64,000 nucleotides of DNA from Nemertoderma westbladi. Its lineage: Eukaryota; Animalia; Xenacoelomorpha. Every line of letters starts with the position of its first letter. Position 1 is the first letter of the stretch. The stretch spans positions 1-64,000 of the forward strand of contig JAUCBJ010006889.1 of assembly GCA_032718475.1 (NCBI GenBank), in the 5' to 3' direction. The translations under genes and the position numbers were made by a program. Of this stretch, positions 46,360-63,267 are shown in pieces. A model generated the notes under the pieces. That model saw nothing but the letters and a program-made list of their open reading frames with translations. It searched no databases and was not told the DNA's origin.

Positions 46360-48576
46360 CGGCGAGCTCATGCCCCAATAATGAGAGGCCGTGTTGGTCA
46401 AAGGCTACTGATAAAGATAAACTTGCCTATGCTGATAAGTGCGATGAGCTTCTGCGGAAAGTATCAGTTCCATGGTCTGCCATCAATTGCACTACAGTAC
46501 TACAAACTGTTCACAACACACTGCCAACATTGATAAATTTTACAATGATATAGTGAATGCTATGCGGTCTGCAGACTCTAACACAATTCCCCACACCAAT
46601 AATCTTCGAGATAACAACGCAGGCTGCACTAAACACATTCCTGGTTGGAACGAGATGGTTCGTTCCAAGTATTCTCATTCAAGGGAGCTGTTTTTGCTGT
46701 GCGACAACTTGGAAGTCCGAAGTCTGGATTGCTGCACCAACAGGTTCTCAAGGCGAAGGCGCAGTTTAAGCTGGCACTCCGTCAGTGTAGAAAAGCAGAG
46801 TCTCAGACTCGATCCAACCGTCTAGCTGAGTCATTATCGAGCGAAGACAGCAAGAAATTCTGGAATAATGTTAAATCTCAGTCAACCACACGTTCTACAC
46901 CGCCTAACTCGGTGGATGATGCAGTTGGATCCGCTGAAGTATGCGGGATGTGGGCCAACAAATATGAATCTATATTTAATTCAGTTAAACCGGACCAGTC
47001 ACCCGACTCGGAACGGGTATATGCTGCAGTTTCCAATGTGCAATTTAGTATTGATATGCTTGTGTCTCCTAAAGAAATTACTACCGCTATCAATGAGCTA
47101 AAGTTAGATAAGGCGGCAGGACATGATTTTATTTATTCTGAGCACATTTTATATTCATCTAATCGTCTTAATATTTATATTAGTTTTTTATTTTCTTGTT
47201 TTTTTATACATGGTTTTTTACCTTCCAATTTGATGCGTTCTAATATCTTGCCGGTATTGAAAGATAGGAATGGTAGTGTTATCGAATCTAATAATTACCG
47301 TCCCATTGCTTTGGCAACGATTCTCGGTAAGCTATTGGAAATCGTAATATTACAGCGAATTGAAAATCTCATTACAACAACCGATAACCAGTTTGGTTAT
47401 AAACGTGGGACCGGCACGGAGTTGTGTATATTTACAATTAAGGAATTAATTAATTATTATTTAAGGAATGGCTCCAACGTATATATTTGTTTCTTGGACG
47501 CTTCAAAGGCTTTCGATAAGATCAATCATACCAAACTATTTAGTAAACTTTTACTTAGAGGGGTACCAAACTATATTTTACGTGTGATCCATTTTTGGTA
47601 TACTAATCAGTCAATGGTTATATTATGGGGTGGTTATATGTCTAATCCCTTTGGCTGCTCCAACGGAACTAGACAGGGAAGCATATTGGCGGCACCTTAC
47701 TTCTTCAATCTATATAATGATAAATTAAGTGTACAATTATCTAGCTGTGGGCTGGGCGCACGACTTGGATATGTAGCTGTCAATCATTATTTTTATGCGG
47801 ATGATATATGTCTTATATCTACGTCGCCTAGTGCCTTACAATCACTTGTTGACATTTGTTCTGATTATGCGTATTGCAACTCCATTACATTTAATGCTAA
47901 GAAATCTAAATGTATATTTTTACACAGTTCTCACCGTTTAACAATTTCTAATACAATGATCGTATTGGACAGTGTTGTGCTTGAATGTGTTCCTAAATAT
48001 AAATATCTCGGTCACTATATCACATCTGATTTCTCGGATGATACTGATATTAGGAACCAAACTAGATCTTTTTACGCACGTGCTAATTTGCTTATTAGGA
48101 CCTTCAGTAACTGCTCTCCCCATGTGAAGCTACAATTGTTTATTTCTTATTGCTCTAATGTTTATTGTAATGCTCTTTGGGCTGACAGCTATTTTTGTGA
48201 GTCAACTCTTAATCGATTAAATGTAGCGTATAACAACACAGTGCGACGTTTATTTGGTTTTAAACGCGATGACAGTGCTAGTGGTATGCTGGTCTCCCTT
48301 GGCCTTAAATCAATTGTACATATCCGACGCTTTTCACTATTTAGTTTATTTAATCGTGTAGCCAACTCGCAAAATTCTATTTTAATTAATATTAGCTGTA
48401 TATGTTTTAACGTGTCTCAGGTATACGATAGTTACCTGAGATGCCGAATTTAAATTAACTTGTACCCTCTCTTTTTATTGTCTTTTATAGTATAGTTTTA
48501 ATTTGTAATATAGTGTAATGTGCTCTATGGATATTTTAATATTAATATTCGGATTAAATGAGAAATAAATAAATAA
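46360..48576 (+). mobile_element. 5'-truncated LINE, Proto2/RTEX-like (RT ORF 46645-48453)
   Basis: HIPGWN, NYRPIALAT, NQFGYK, FLDASKAFD, GTRQGSIL, YADD, KYLGH and RSFYARANLLIRTFSNCS..VK motifs; (TAAA)n end. The clade assignment is from memory of motifs. Confidence 0.8.
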
Positions 48577-48587
48577 GCTGTTATTGG

Positions 48588-52797
<4,210 letters not shown>

Positions 52798-52863
52798 TTA
52801 TTATAGAGCAGTCAACTCTACAGTCAGTAGTTCACAATAACTAAAATGGCATTCCATTGCAAA

Positions 52864-53076
52864 TTGGCATTAAAATAAGCATGGTGGACATCCCATGACT
52901 TTCTTGAGACGCATCTTAAAGGACACTGGCCTTGAAGATGCGGATGATCTAGCAAATGTCATGGGTGATAGGGAGTTGTGGCGGCGCAATTTTGTCGACA
53001 AGCCGGCACAGCATTCTTAAAAACGCAGCTGCAATGCATCATGCCGATCATAGTAGTAGTAGTAGTAGTAGTAGTA
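52864..53076 (+). mobile_element. Short 3' RTE fragment with (TAG)n tail
   Basis: Matches 987-1174. Confidence 0.88.
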
Positions 53077-53671
53077 GCTAAGCAGCTATTCACATTAATT
53101 TTAAATATAAATTATATATAAAAAGTTCAAATTTTTGGGGTGGCTTCCAAGTTAAACACCAAAACAATTATTATTTCGTTACATAGGCCTACAGTATAAA
53201 CGTTGTATATGTTCTACCTCTCACAATAATTTAATAAGATAGGGGGGGGGGGGGGGGGGGGGGCTGGACGCAAGTAAAAATTCATCCCTCTCCATGGGAA
53301 ATTCGACGCTATTAACTGCTGTTCTATTGTGCATAGTTTATTGTTTTGGTTACAATAACGCCACACTGTAACCTGCTCCTTTCACTAAATTGAGAATTGA
53401 ACATTGAGGTGGGATATGTTGGGTTCATGACGAGTGAAAATTGATCGTGTAATATAAACTAAATTGTAAGTCCGGCTATCCTCCACTTCCTTACCCAATG
53501 GAAGTGTTGTTGTTTATAATCTAATATTGTGGCGGTTTTATCTCTGTTAACTCCCTTTCCTTTCCATCTCCTATACCTGTAATAAACAGTAGGGCTAGGC
53601 CGCAATTCAAAACTACCTCCTAACCAATAAAGTTAGCGCCCTGTTATTGGTTGGCATACTAGATGTTTTTG

Positions 53672-53684
53672 GTTGCCAAGCAAC
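53672..53684. promoter_or_regulatory. RFX X-box motif, candidate CFAP251 promoter
   Basis: GTTGCCAAGCAAC fits GTNRCC(N0-3)RGYAAC; nearby CCAAT/ATTGG boxes (53624, 53646). Lies in non-repetitive sequence upstream of a ciliary gene. Confidence 0.5.
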
Positions 53685-54041
53685 AATGCCTGATAAATAT
53701 AAATATGCAATGTATTATCCCGCAGAGACAAGCTACTACAATCCAATTCAAAGAAAGGCAGTGGTATTTTATTTCAAACAAGTATATTTAATTTAATGAA
53801 TAATTTTTACGTAACTTTTTTATTATACTGTAAGATGTAGGCTTATTCAAAGTTCATTATAATTTTAAATTTATTTACCAACATTATTCAATTATTATGT
53901 GAACTTGTCGTTGTTCTGATAATTTAAGCATTGGCGTCAATAATGACTTAAGAAATATTGGAGGCTGATAGCCATTGCATTATTGCTTGCTAAAGTATAC
54001 TGTATTTGCTATCCCTCTGCCCATGTGAGGTACACCTACTC

Positions 54042-56327
54042 CAGTCCCTGGCTTTAGACCCCGTAGGAATTTTGGGGTGGACGGGGTTTCTCACCGAATC
54101 CTAGTTGGACATACATATATGGGTGAAAAAAACTTGGGTAGACTTTCTGGTTCCTGGGCGTAAGTTTTTTATAGCCATTTGTTTTGTGCGTCCGTGAGCT
54201 GTTCACAATTTCAAAAATTGTGGCGATTTGAGTATTTACTATGACAGTTTCCAACGTAACATAATAATACACTTTAAAAATTGTGGTGAAAGTGGTAAAA
54301 CATACCAGCGAATTTTTGCTTTATACGCAAAAATTAGGTACCGTACCTGTTTTTTAATACATTGTGAAAAGATCCAATTATTTCATGTAATAATGTTACC
54401 TATACATATTTTCTATGCTTTGCAAGTAAATACATTGTGTTCTAGAATACTAGCTACTAATTTATAGCTATTAATAAAATTTGTTACATCATTTTAAGTA
54501 TTTATTTTTAACATCATTTTAAGTATTTATTTTAAACATAAATCATTAATTTAACATAAAAACAGAAAGCAAAAGTTCTTGGTCTCACCGATAATGTTCG
54601 TTAAATGGTATTTTCCGAACTTCAGGGTCCCCATAAACATAACCATGTAGGCTAATTATTTCTGTTACTGCACATCTTTCGCTATATTTTTCAATAAAAA
54701 ATATCACAGAATTGTTCTAGAACAATTTACAAACACATTATATTAAAGCAAATATATGTTATTAAAAAATCATTAAAAAATCATATGTGGCATATAATGC
54801 AAAAGTACCAGTAGCTAACAAAACTGTGTTAGCTACAGTTTCATATTGTTTGATACGGGTATATATATTTTTTATACGTAAGAAGGCCCTTCATATTTTA
54901 TTTATAATGTAGAAAGAAGGTGTTAAAAGTACAGTACATATAATAAATAATATAATTATTTATCTTGTTGAACATCGAACAGTTTTTTTTTCAAATGGGA
55001 GACAACAAGGAACTTGTTGGACTACAACTTTGCAGAACTACAACATTGATTCGAGATGGTTTTGGGACGTCAATTGTTTGTGATGCTTCACGGTGTGTTA
55101 TCTGTCAACAAGTTAGGTTAGGGGGTTCAGGGGATAATATCACAGTTACCGGAACAACCGCAGGTAGAAAGAAAATAATAGCAGCCGCACAACAAATCCG
55201 AAAAGATATCGTTTTGAAAAGGATAAATTATCTGGGATTAGACTCTGAGTTTGTATATCATTGCAACAATGAGTGTTACAAATTATACACATTAAAGAAA
55301 ACACTTCTAAAAAAGCAAAGAGAACCGGAAGTGATAGAGGAAACCAACGGAAAAGAAAATGAGTCTGTTCCAAGTCCAACTAAAAGGCTCAGGTCCGAAA
55401 TCGCCTCACGTCACCAAGGGTCATTTCCTAAAGACGACTCCACCCAATTAACTTGCATTATATGCGGTAATCAAACGCATGGCAGTACTAGGGAGAAATA
55501 CAGGATATGCGAGACCAATAGAGCAACAACATTTCTTGCAGCTACTAATTTCTTTAAGGATGAAATATACGTCAAAACCTGTGATCTTGACAATGTAAAA
55601 GCTGTCTTTGCCGCGGATTTATTTTATCACAAGCTTTGTCTTGAAGCATATATTCAAAAATATAAGAGGCGATGCCATCATCAGTATTAAATAGTAACTC
55701 GCCCAACCTAGAACCAACAGATTATGGATGGTCTATTAATGAGAATGACTCATCAATCATGCCCGATCCTTGGAATAATGAACTACCTAAATGGGCGACG
55801 ATTACTTGCTTCTGCAAGAAGTGCAATACTATGCGATGCAGATGCCGGAAAGATATCGTTTCTTGCACATCATTTTGCAAATGCAATTTTGAAATGGAGT
55901 GCGAAAATATTCCATAATAAGAACATTTTATAATTCATAACATTTAATTAACATTATATAACATTTCATAATAAATTCACTCAGTGATCATATCAATATA
56001 ACTATTTTACTGTGCCCACGTTTCTTTATAACTCGCTTCGATCGGTTTATGATGAATTGGAGCATCGTAAAACCGTTATATTTGGTTAACTCTGGTAACA
56101 ACAGCTAAATAATAATTATCATTTGTACTCTTGATTTGGAAAAGTGATGAGGACACAGATGAATATTTGTATATTTATGACATCATAAAATGACGTCATA
56201 AAAATCTTAGGCCCAGGAACCTAAAGTCTACCCAATTTTTTTTTCTTCATTTTTGGACCCCAAACCCAGTTCAAGTGAGAAACGGCGTCCACCTCGAAAT
56301 TCCTACGGGACTTAAGGCCAGGGACTG
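54042..56327 (+). mobile_element. Internally deleted Academ-like DNA transposon
   Basis: ~120-bp imperfect TIRs CAGTCCCTGG...CCAGGGACTG. ORF remnants: YHCNNECYKLYT, CIIC and AADLFYHKLC (54965-55690), and PTDYGW + CXC cluster CFCKKCNTMRCRC...CTSFCKC (55672-55917). No TSD seen. Confidence 0.7.
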
Positions 56328-56334
56328 GATTAAC

Positions 56335-57262
56335 CAGACTTTCCGTTGTTATATTTCACTTTGCAGTTTACCCCATGAGAAGAATACTAGGTTTTCACCA
56401 AAAAAATAGTATTCAATTTTCAGAGATAAGTCGCTATAATTCTAATTAGTGTTTTATGTCTTTATTTTAGAATATTAATTACTCGTAATTAAGAATCAAG
56501 ATGGAGATTTTTAATAGCTCACCTAAATAATAATTAATATTCTAGAATAAAGACAAAATAACATAGTATAATAGCGAAGCGATTTACGTCTCAAAATTTA
56601 CACATTAGTATTTTAATAATAACTTTGCCACTTTTTGGTTAAATTTAAAATGGTTTTCAGATTCGGAATCTGCAGATGAAAGATGGTTGTTATATTAAGG
56701 GAGATGGTATAAATATGTTATCAACTATTTTCTGTAGCCGCACAAATGCTTCTTGAACGGAATATTTTCGCCCATGTGAAGAATACCATAGGATTTCACT
56801 TTTCGGTTGACTTTTTATTGAAATTTTATATATGAAGATTTTTTATTTTTTTTAATTTATCTTTATTAAGTGTTTTATAGCGCTTATTTCTGTCTTATAA
56901 CCTGTACATATACTAATTTGTTTATTGTTTTGGTTAGATTCAGCCCTTCTGTAACCTGTGTTTTTGGTGAAATCCTGCTATTCTTCACATGGGGGGTAAC
57001 TGCAAAGTGAAATATAACGGCAGAAAGTCTGGTATTCTTCACATGGGGGTATCTGCAAAGTGAAATATAACTGCAGAAAGTCTGGTATTCTTCACATGGG
57101 GGGTAACTGCAAAGTGAAATATAATGGCAGAATGTCTGGTATTCTTCACATGGGGGGTAACTGCAAAGTGAAATATAACGGCAGAAAGTATGGTATTCTT
57201 TACATGTGGGTAACTGCAAAGTGAAATATAACGGCAGAAAGTCTGGTATTCTTCACATGGGC
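56335..57262. repeat. MITE-like element with ~60-bp subterminal tandem repeats (left end probably at about 54019, split by the Academ)
   Basis: About five units of TTCTTCACATGGGGGGTAACTGCAAAGTGAAATATAACGGCAGAAAGTCTGGTA at 56980-57260, an inverted unit at 56335-56400, and GCCCATGTGA at 54019. Confidence 0.65.
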
Positions 57263-57502
57263 CAATTTTTTTACTTCAGTACACTCTTCGAATAACCTGG
57301 CCTTTGTTCACCTTAAAATTATTTATAAATGTTATATCATTTCATAATAGTTAGTAGAAATATACTAGCGACCATGAACCAGTAATTAATTCAGGTCATT
57401 CGCCATACATTTCTGTGAATTCGCCCCTAGCGGCAGACAGAATAATTTTTTTGCTAATAATTTTTTTTTATTACATTTGAAATATAATACTGTATAATTA
57501 TT

Positions 57503-59108
57503 TATTGCATGGGAAAAAAGTAGAACTTTTTTCATTATTCTCGAGGGATTTTATTTACTGAGCGTCAGTGAGGTTAATAAAGGGTCGAGAGAATATTGAA
57601 AAAAAAATGTTCTACGTTTTTTTCCCATGTAATGCGTAATTTTATTCTAAGTTGGTACTTTTTGTTGCTAAATTCTCTAATAAAACATAGCGATATACTA
57701 CAGTAGGCCTACAGTAGTGTTACAAAATATATTTAACTGCAGTATTTAGCTACAGTATTTTGCTTCCATAGTTACTGCGATTCTAATTATTGTACTCTTC
57801 AACTCCTAATGCTGCCTTACTCAATGTTAAATAATTTAGTGTTCTCGAATATTTATTAGGTAATTAGAGAGCCGCTTAACTAAATAAACCAATATTGGAT
57901 ATTGAGTTCCGTTTAGGGGTTTGCCTTGCAGACACTAAAGTTGCAATAACGTTCGAGTGTGTGAATGGATTTTGCTCAAATTACTTGTAAACCTTTTCTA
58001 TGCCGATGCTCTTTAAATATAATGTGATAAAATTTAAGAATTTCCACCAAAATATTTTACTTTACTTTTTTCGATGGGAAAAAAAGTTAAATCAATGCAA
58101 TCCTATGGAGTACTTATTTCCCTAGGGAAAAAAAGTGAAACTATTTTTCCTGATTTTGGGGTATATTCGAGCGAAAAAGTAACAATTTAAGAATTAAATT
58201 ATTTATTGAATATCAGTTTAATTGTACCGGTAGCGAGATATTGATTGACAGAATTAATAAAATTTATAATGATATTTAAGGTAGCTAGTGTTTTTCATTT
58301 TTTAACTGAGACAGCATTTTTTGAAATTTTTAAAAAAGATTTTATATTTTTCTTTTTGGTAAGTGTTCTAGAATATGAATAGATATTATTTATTATGATA
58401 GATTTTAGTTTTTTTTTACTAGTCATTATATTCTGAAATTACAAAAAAAATTGTGAAAAAATTGATATATTAGAATTTAACTGGTTGCAGAATATTTCGA
58501 AAGAATTAGTCACATAATTTTTGAAGTGGAACTACAGGCTAGTATGTATCTTAGTTTAATCTGAGTAATTTAAGGTAGCTAGCTGGTGTATTTACTAGCT
58601 AGTGTATTTACTAGCTAGTAGATTTAATTAGCTATTAAAACCAAATTAGTTTAAAATTATATATATTAGAAATAGGCCTATGGTATGTAATATCCTACTG
58701 TCTTGTAAATTTACTTGGATAAAAAACAACCATGGTGATTATTTATTGATTATATTTATAAAGGAAGTTAATAATTTTAATTATTATATTAATTAAATTA
58801 ATTATTAATTAATTTAATTATAATATTATATATTTATATATTAATATTATATATAATTGTATATGTATATAATTGTATAACGATATAGTAATAGTATTTA
58901 AGTAATTATAATAATAATAATATATTATCAAAAGAGACATATTTGATATTAGAATAGACTGTTATAGACTGTTATTTTACTTTTTTTCGCCAGGAAAAAT
59001 AGTAATATCAATGCAATACTATGCGTTACTTTTTCCCTAGGGAAAAAAGTGCAACGTTTCTCCCGATTTTGGGGTATATTCGAGCGAAAAAGTAATAATT
59101 TAAGAATA
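57503..59108. repeat. AT-rich repeat element: 130-bp palindrome plus ~100-bp direct repeats
   Basis: 57503-57632 is palindromic; about 58090-58195 is repeated at about 59005-59108. Confidence 0.55.
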
Positions 59109-59301
59109 AAATGGCTGATTACATTTGTATAGTATTTGAAAGTTTTTATTTGTAAACATATACTTATTTTTTCTGTGATTGATGACCTGACAGCGACAGG
59201 GCTGCCTATGTTGATTCATTACATGCAATATAACAGTAATACAGTAATAATTATTGAATACGTTTTTTAAGTCTTTTGATTTATTATAAATTTAGCAAAC
59301 A

Positions 59302-62300
59302 ATGGATAATTCTTCAAATGATGCTGATCCAGAAACAAAAAATGAATCCACCGCTAATGATATCAATAAACCTGGTGCAGATGATGCTACAGGCGAAACT
59401 GTGGAAGACGTTATCCCAGCCGTATCTGATGTAAATGTAGCAAGTGTCGCCACTGATGGAGATACGGTACCAGTCACAACAGATAAAGAAGTTGCCTCAA
59501 TGAATAATGATGATAATATTGCAGAAATCGCTGCTGATGAAAAGGATGATAATGTTTCCGCCGAAAATAATGTTGACCCAGTCAATACTGATGACAATGT
59601 TACAGAAATCACTGCTGATGATACTGTTGAAAATGTGACTGCTGTAGATAATGTTAACCCAGTCAATACTAATGATGATGTTACAGACAAGACTGTTGAT
59701 GATAATGAGGAAAATGTTACCTCCGAAGATAATGTTAACCCAGTCAATACTAATGATAATGTTACAGAATTCACTGCTGATGATATTGTTGAAAATCTGA
59801 CTGCTGTAGATAATGTTGACCCAGTTAACACTGATGATAGGGTGGCCGAAGGCTCTATTGATGATAATATTGCAAATGTCACTGCTGTCGAAAAGAGTGA
59901 CGTTGCTAATGATAATGTTGACCCTGTCTCTGCCACTGCCAATGATAATGAAGACCCTGATGTTGCTGTTGCTAATGTTGAACCAGGATCTGCTGTGGAA
60001 AACATTGAAGCACCTGCAGCTGAGGAAGTACAAGAACCAACTACATCTGATGTAAATTCTGCTGATGTCATGACAGATGATGTGACCGCAGTCACAGCAG
60101 ATAAAGATGATGCTACAGGGAAATCTAAAGATGATGTAACCCCTATAGCTACAGATGAGGAAACACCAGATGTAAATCATGATGATGATAATACTGCAAT
60201 TCGTGATGCTGCATCAGTAAAAGAAGATCTTTCAACTAATACCTCTGCCAAAGTCATAACAAATGCTGAAGAGGATATCGTACAAGTTATTTCACATGAG
60301 AACAAAGTGCCAGTAACTGCGAATGACAGTGATATCGTTCCTGTGGCTCATGATGGAGTTGATAAAGAAAATATACTCGAAAAAGATTTGGGAGACACAG
60401 AACCTCAAGAAGATAAAAAAATTTCTGAAAGCAGAGTTAGCACTGCTACTGCTAAATCAGGAGTTAGTCTTATGGATGAAGTAATTGTTCCAACAGGGGC
60501 ACTGAATCTCACCTGGGTGTATGGAATGAGTCAGGATGTTGGCCTTATTAATCTTTCAGACACATTGAGGAAAATTGTGGCATATACATGTGCCAACACT
60601 GTTGTTTTGTATGATTATGAAAGCAACAAACAGCGTCTGTTACAAGGTCACCAAAATACAGTATCATGTACAACAGCCAGTGCTGATAAGCGATGGGTTG
60701 CTTCTGCTGACAGAGGTTTCGCAAACAGCATTATCATATGGGACACATACACAGGCATTCCTGTTCAAACCATTTATGATCCATACCCAGATGTTGGGTG
60801 TTCTGCGATTAGCATCAGTGCCGATGCAAAATATTTGGCTACTATAAGTGCGGGTGAGGTTCAAATTGTGAGTGTTTGGGATTGGACAGTCCAAACAAAT
60901 GCACCGATTTGTCAGGCAACACTCTCAAAAGAACATAGCCAACAGCATTACATGATTTTTCATCCAACTGATTTCTCACAGATGATTTCAAATAGCGAGA
61001 GACAAGTCATATTCTATCAGTGGACAATGGACGAGCTTAAAGTCTATACTCCTCCATTAACTGACCAGGACTTTTGGAGGGTCGTTGGTGACTACACCAT
61101 GTCTATATTTCAAGATGGTACTACAAAGGCTTTGACAGCTACTCTAACTGGGAACTTGGTGGTTTGGGATAACAATACAATAAATGGGGCACCTAACCTC
61201 AATCCTGGCCCTGATAAACGAGCTATCAAAATAGTGAACATTCAAGAAAACAGGGGTATTACAGTTCTCACCCACACAGATAACTATGTTGTAATTGCAG
61301 ATTTAAATGGCACTATTAAATTCTACGATAATCTACTTCGAGTCTGTAATTGGTATCAAAAGTTTGATATTGGTCCAATAAATTCACTATCTTTTAAATA
61401 TGACCCAACATTTGATTCAAAAGAAAAACATCAAGGGGTTTTCACATTTGATGCAACTTTGCAAGCTCGAGATTTTATTGTTCGAGATTTTATGTTTGCT
61501 ACCACTAATTCAGTTTTTGCTAATGTTACTGTTGATGGAACTAAATTAGACATTATCCTATCTGAGCATGATGATGAGGTACGTGGAATTGCTGCACACC
61601 CATCTAGTCAACATCTAGCTGTTGGAAGTTACAGTGGAATACTAAGAGTTTGGGACTACAGCAAGAAGACAATTATCAACAATCGAAATTTTCGTTCAGA
61701 GCAAATCCATACACTTGCCTATGATCCACTTGGTGAATTTCTTGCTGTTGGTTTTGTTTCCGGCACTTTAAGGCTGGTGGATACACTGACACTTACTGAT
61801 GAACTTCGATTCCTGTACACATATGCTAAAGCATGCTTGACTCACATTTCATTTGCACACGATTCTTCATATCTAGCAACAGGAGATGCTGGAAAAACAA
61901 TTTCTCTATACAAAGCTGTGAGTGGGAAGAAAGGCCCTTTTCAATTTATTGCCAGGTTTAGAAGTCATTACAAGGATATATGTGGGTTAGAATTTGGCAT
62001 TGCTCTGGATACCGATGTTTCACGGCTGATGTCTTTAGGGAAAGACAGAATGCTTGTTGAATACGACCTGTCATCAACAACTACAGATAATTTGGTAGTC
62101 TTGAGCAAAGACAAAATTGAGCAAAGTGGTGTTCCATCATTTTTGGCATGGCATCCACCAATAGTGAAGGAGGATTTCATTCTCATTGGCAATGATCAAT
62201 ACAAACTAAAATTATTTAATTCTACAACTAAAATGTGTAGAAAAACAGCTCTTGGTCCAACGTATGGAACTACATTGGAAAAAGTGGAAGTGCTTCCAAA

Positions 62301-63267
62301 TAGAGATGACCCCCTTTCTCCCCTGCGATATATGGCCTATATCACACAAGATAAAATTGGGCTATGTCGAATCCCATTGGATGGTAATCCCCATGGTGCC
62401 ATGGCAACCATTGCCCATCCTGGAGGTGTAGCAAATCTCGCTGTTAGTCATGATGGTAAACACATATTCACAGCTGGTGGTCTTGATCTTTCTGTATCAA
62501 TGTGGAACGTATGTTTACCGGCTTTGGAAGCACAATACAAGTTAGGAGGGGAAGATTTGATTCCTTTCTATGGTTTGTTACCTGGGGGAAGAGAAGGTCA
62601 CATATTCCGAGAGCTTGAAGACTACTTTTATTATGCAATGCTTCGAACGCAAGGTATCGACTGTATGGATAATAGGGAAGTCACCACTAAAGTTGCACTA
62701 ACTGAAGTGCCATTCATAATGAGGTCATTGGGTCACTACCCGAGTCAACAGGAAATTACGGAAATCATAAATGAAGTTAAGTTCTCCAAATATGTAGATA
62801 CTGGAGAATATGAAAGTGAGATTAATATCGGAGACTTTCTGAAGTTGTACATTAATCATAGACCCGCCTTTGGTTTGAATCCCAATGTATTAGTTGATGC
62901 ATTCGATAAGATCGGCCGACAGTTAGGTTTACAAGGAGACTCACAAGATGCTGTGATTCAAAGGGGTGATTTATTGGATGTCCTACAAAGTCATGGTGAA
63001 ATGTTCACAGAGAAGGAAGCTGCTGAATATCTAATAGCGTTACTAGGTAACTCGCCTTTAGGGGGATCTTATGAGATAGCCGAATATGATGCCAGTAGTG
63101 AAGCTGAACTCATTGAAGAAAACATGCCAGATGAGATGACTGTATTCGATTTCTCCAAAGATATTCTAGGTTTTAATCTAAAGTTGCCACAGAAACAGGC
63201 TTCTCCACCACCTACCCGGCGATCGGGAACTGAACGGTCATTGATTAAGTCAAAAATTTCTAAATAA
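59302..63267 (+). CDS. CFAP251: Cilia- and flagella-associated protein 251 (WDR66): WD40 propellers + C-terminal EF-hand-like region; acidic repetitive N-terminus; uninterrupted ORF
   Basis: LNLTWVYGM, LLQGHQN..SC...SADKRWVASAD, LMSLGKDRMLVEYDL, NDQYKLKLFNSTTKMCRKT.LGPTYG, LPLDGNPH-like, AHPGGV, LLPGGREG..F.ELEDYFYYA.LR.QG, MRSLG.YPS..EI..I.NEVKFS and LYINHRP are characteristic WDR66/CFAP251 motifs. Confidence 0.93.
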   Translation: MDNSSNDADPETKNESTANDINKPGADDATGETVEDVIPAVSDVNVASVATDGDTVPVTTDKEVASMNNDDNIAEIAADEKDDNVSAENNVDPVNTDDNVTEITADDTVENVTAVDNVNPVNTNDDVTDKTVDDNEENVTSEDNVNPVNTNDNVTEFTADDIVENLTAVDNVDPVNTDDRVAEGSIDDNIANVTAVEKSDVANDNVDPVSATANDNEDPDVAVANVEPGSAVENIEAPAAEEVQEPTTSDVNSADVMTDDVTAVTADKDDATGKSKDDVTPIATDEETPDVNHDDDNTAIRDAASVKEDLSTNTSAKVITNAEEDIVQVISHENKVPVTANDSDIVPVAHDGVDKENILEKDLGDTEPQEDKKISESRVSTATAKSGVSLMDEVIVPTGALNLTWVYGMSQDVGLINLSDTLRKIVAYTCANTVVLYDYESNKQRLLQGHQNTVSCTTASADKRWVASADRGFANSIIIWDTYTGIPVQTIYDPYPDVGCSAISISADAKYLATISAGEVQIVSVWDWTVQTNAPICQATLSKEHSQQHYMIFHPTDFSQMISNSERQVIFYQWTMDELKVYTPPLTDQDFWRVVGDYTMSIFQDGTTKALTATLTGNLVVWDNNTINGAPNLNPGPDKRAIKIVNIQENRGITVLTHTDNYVVIADLNGTIKFYDNLLRVCNWYQKFDIGPINSLSFKYDPTFDSKEKHQGVFTFDATLQARDFIVRDFMFATTNSVFANVTVDGTKLDIILSEHDDEVRGIAAHPSSQHLAVGSYSGILRVWDYSKKTIINNRNFRSEQIHTLAYDPLGEFLAVGFVSGTLRLVDTLTLTDELRFLYTYAKACLTHISFAHDSSYLATGDAGKTISLYKAVSGKKGPFQFIARFRSHYKDICGLEFGIALDTDVSRLMSLGKDRMLVEYDLSSTTTDNLVVLSKDKIEQSGVPSFLAWHPPIVKEDFILIGNDQYKLKLFNSTTKMCRKTALGPTYGTTLEKVEVLPNRDDPLSPLRYMAYITQDKIGLCRIPLDGNPHGAMATIAHPGGVANLAVSHDGKHIFTAGGLDLSVSMWNVCLPALEAQYKLGGEDLIPFYGLLPGGREGHIFRELEDYFYYAMLRTQGIDCMDNREVTTKVALTEVPFIMRSLGHYPSQQEITEIINEVKFSKYVDTGEYESEINIGDFLKLYINHRPAFGLNPNVLVDAFDKIGRQLGLQGDSQDAVIQRGDLLDVLQSHGEMFTEKEAAEYLIALLGNSPLGGSYEIAEYDASSEAELIEENMPDEMTVFDFSKDILGFNLKLPQKQASPPPTRRSGTERSLIKSKISK

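Noticed and set aside
56965-57262. Regular ~60-bp repeats resembling a CRISPR array
   Set aside because: No unique spacers and a eukaryotic context; these are MITE subterminal tandem repeats.
59292-60180. Antisense ORFs over the CFAP251 N-terminus
   Set aside because: Shadow frames of a repetitive coding region.
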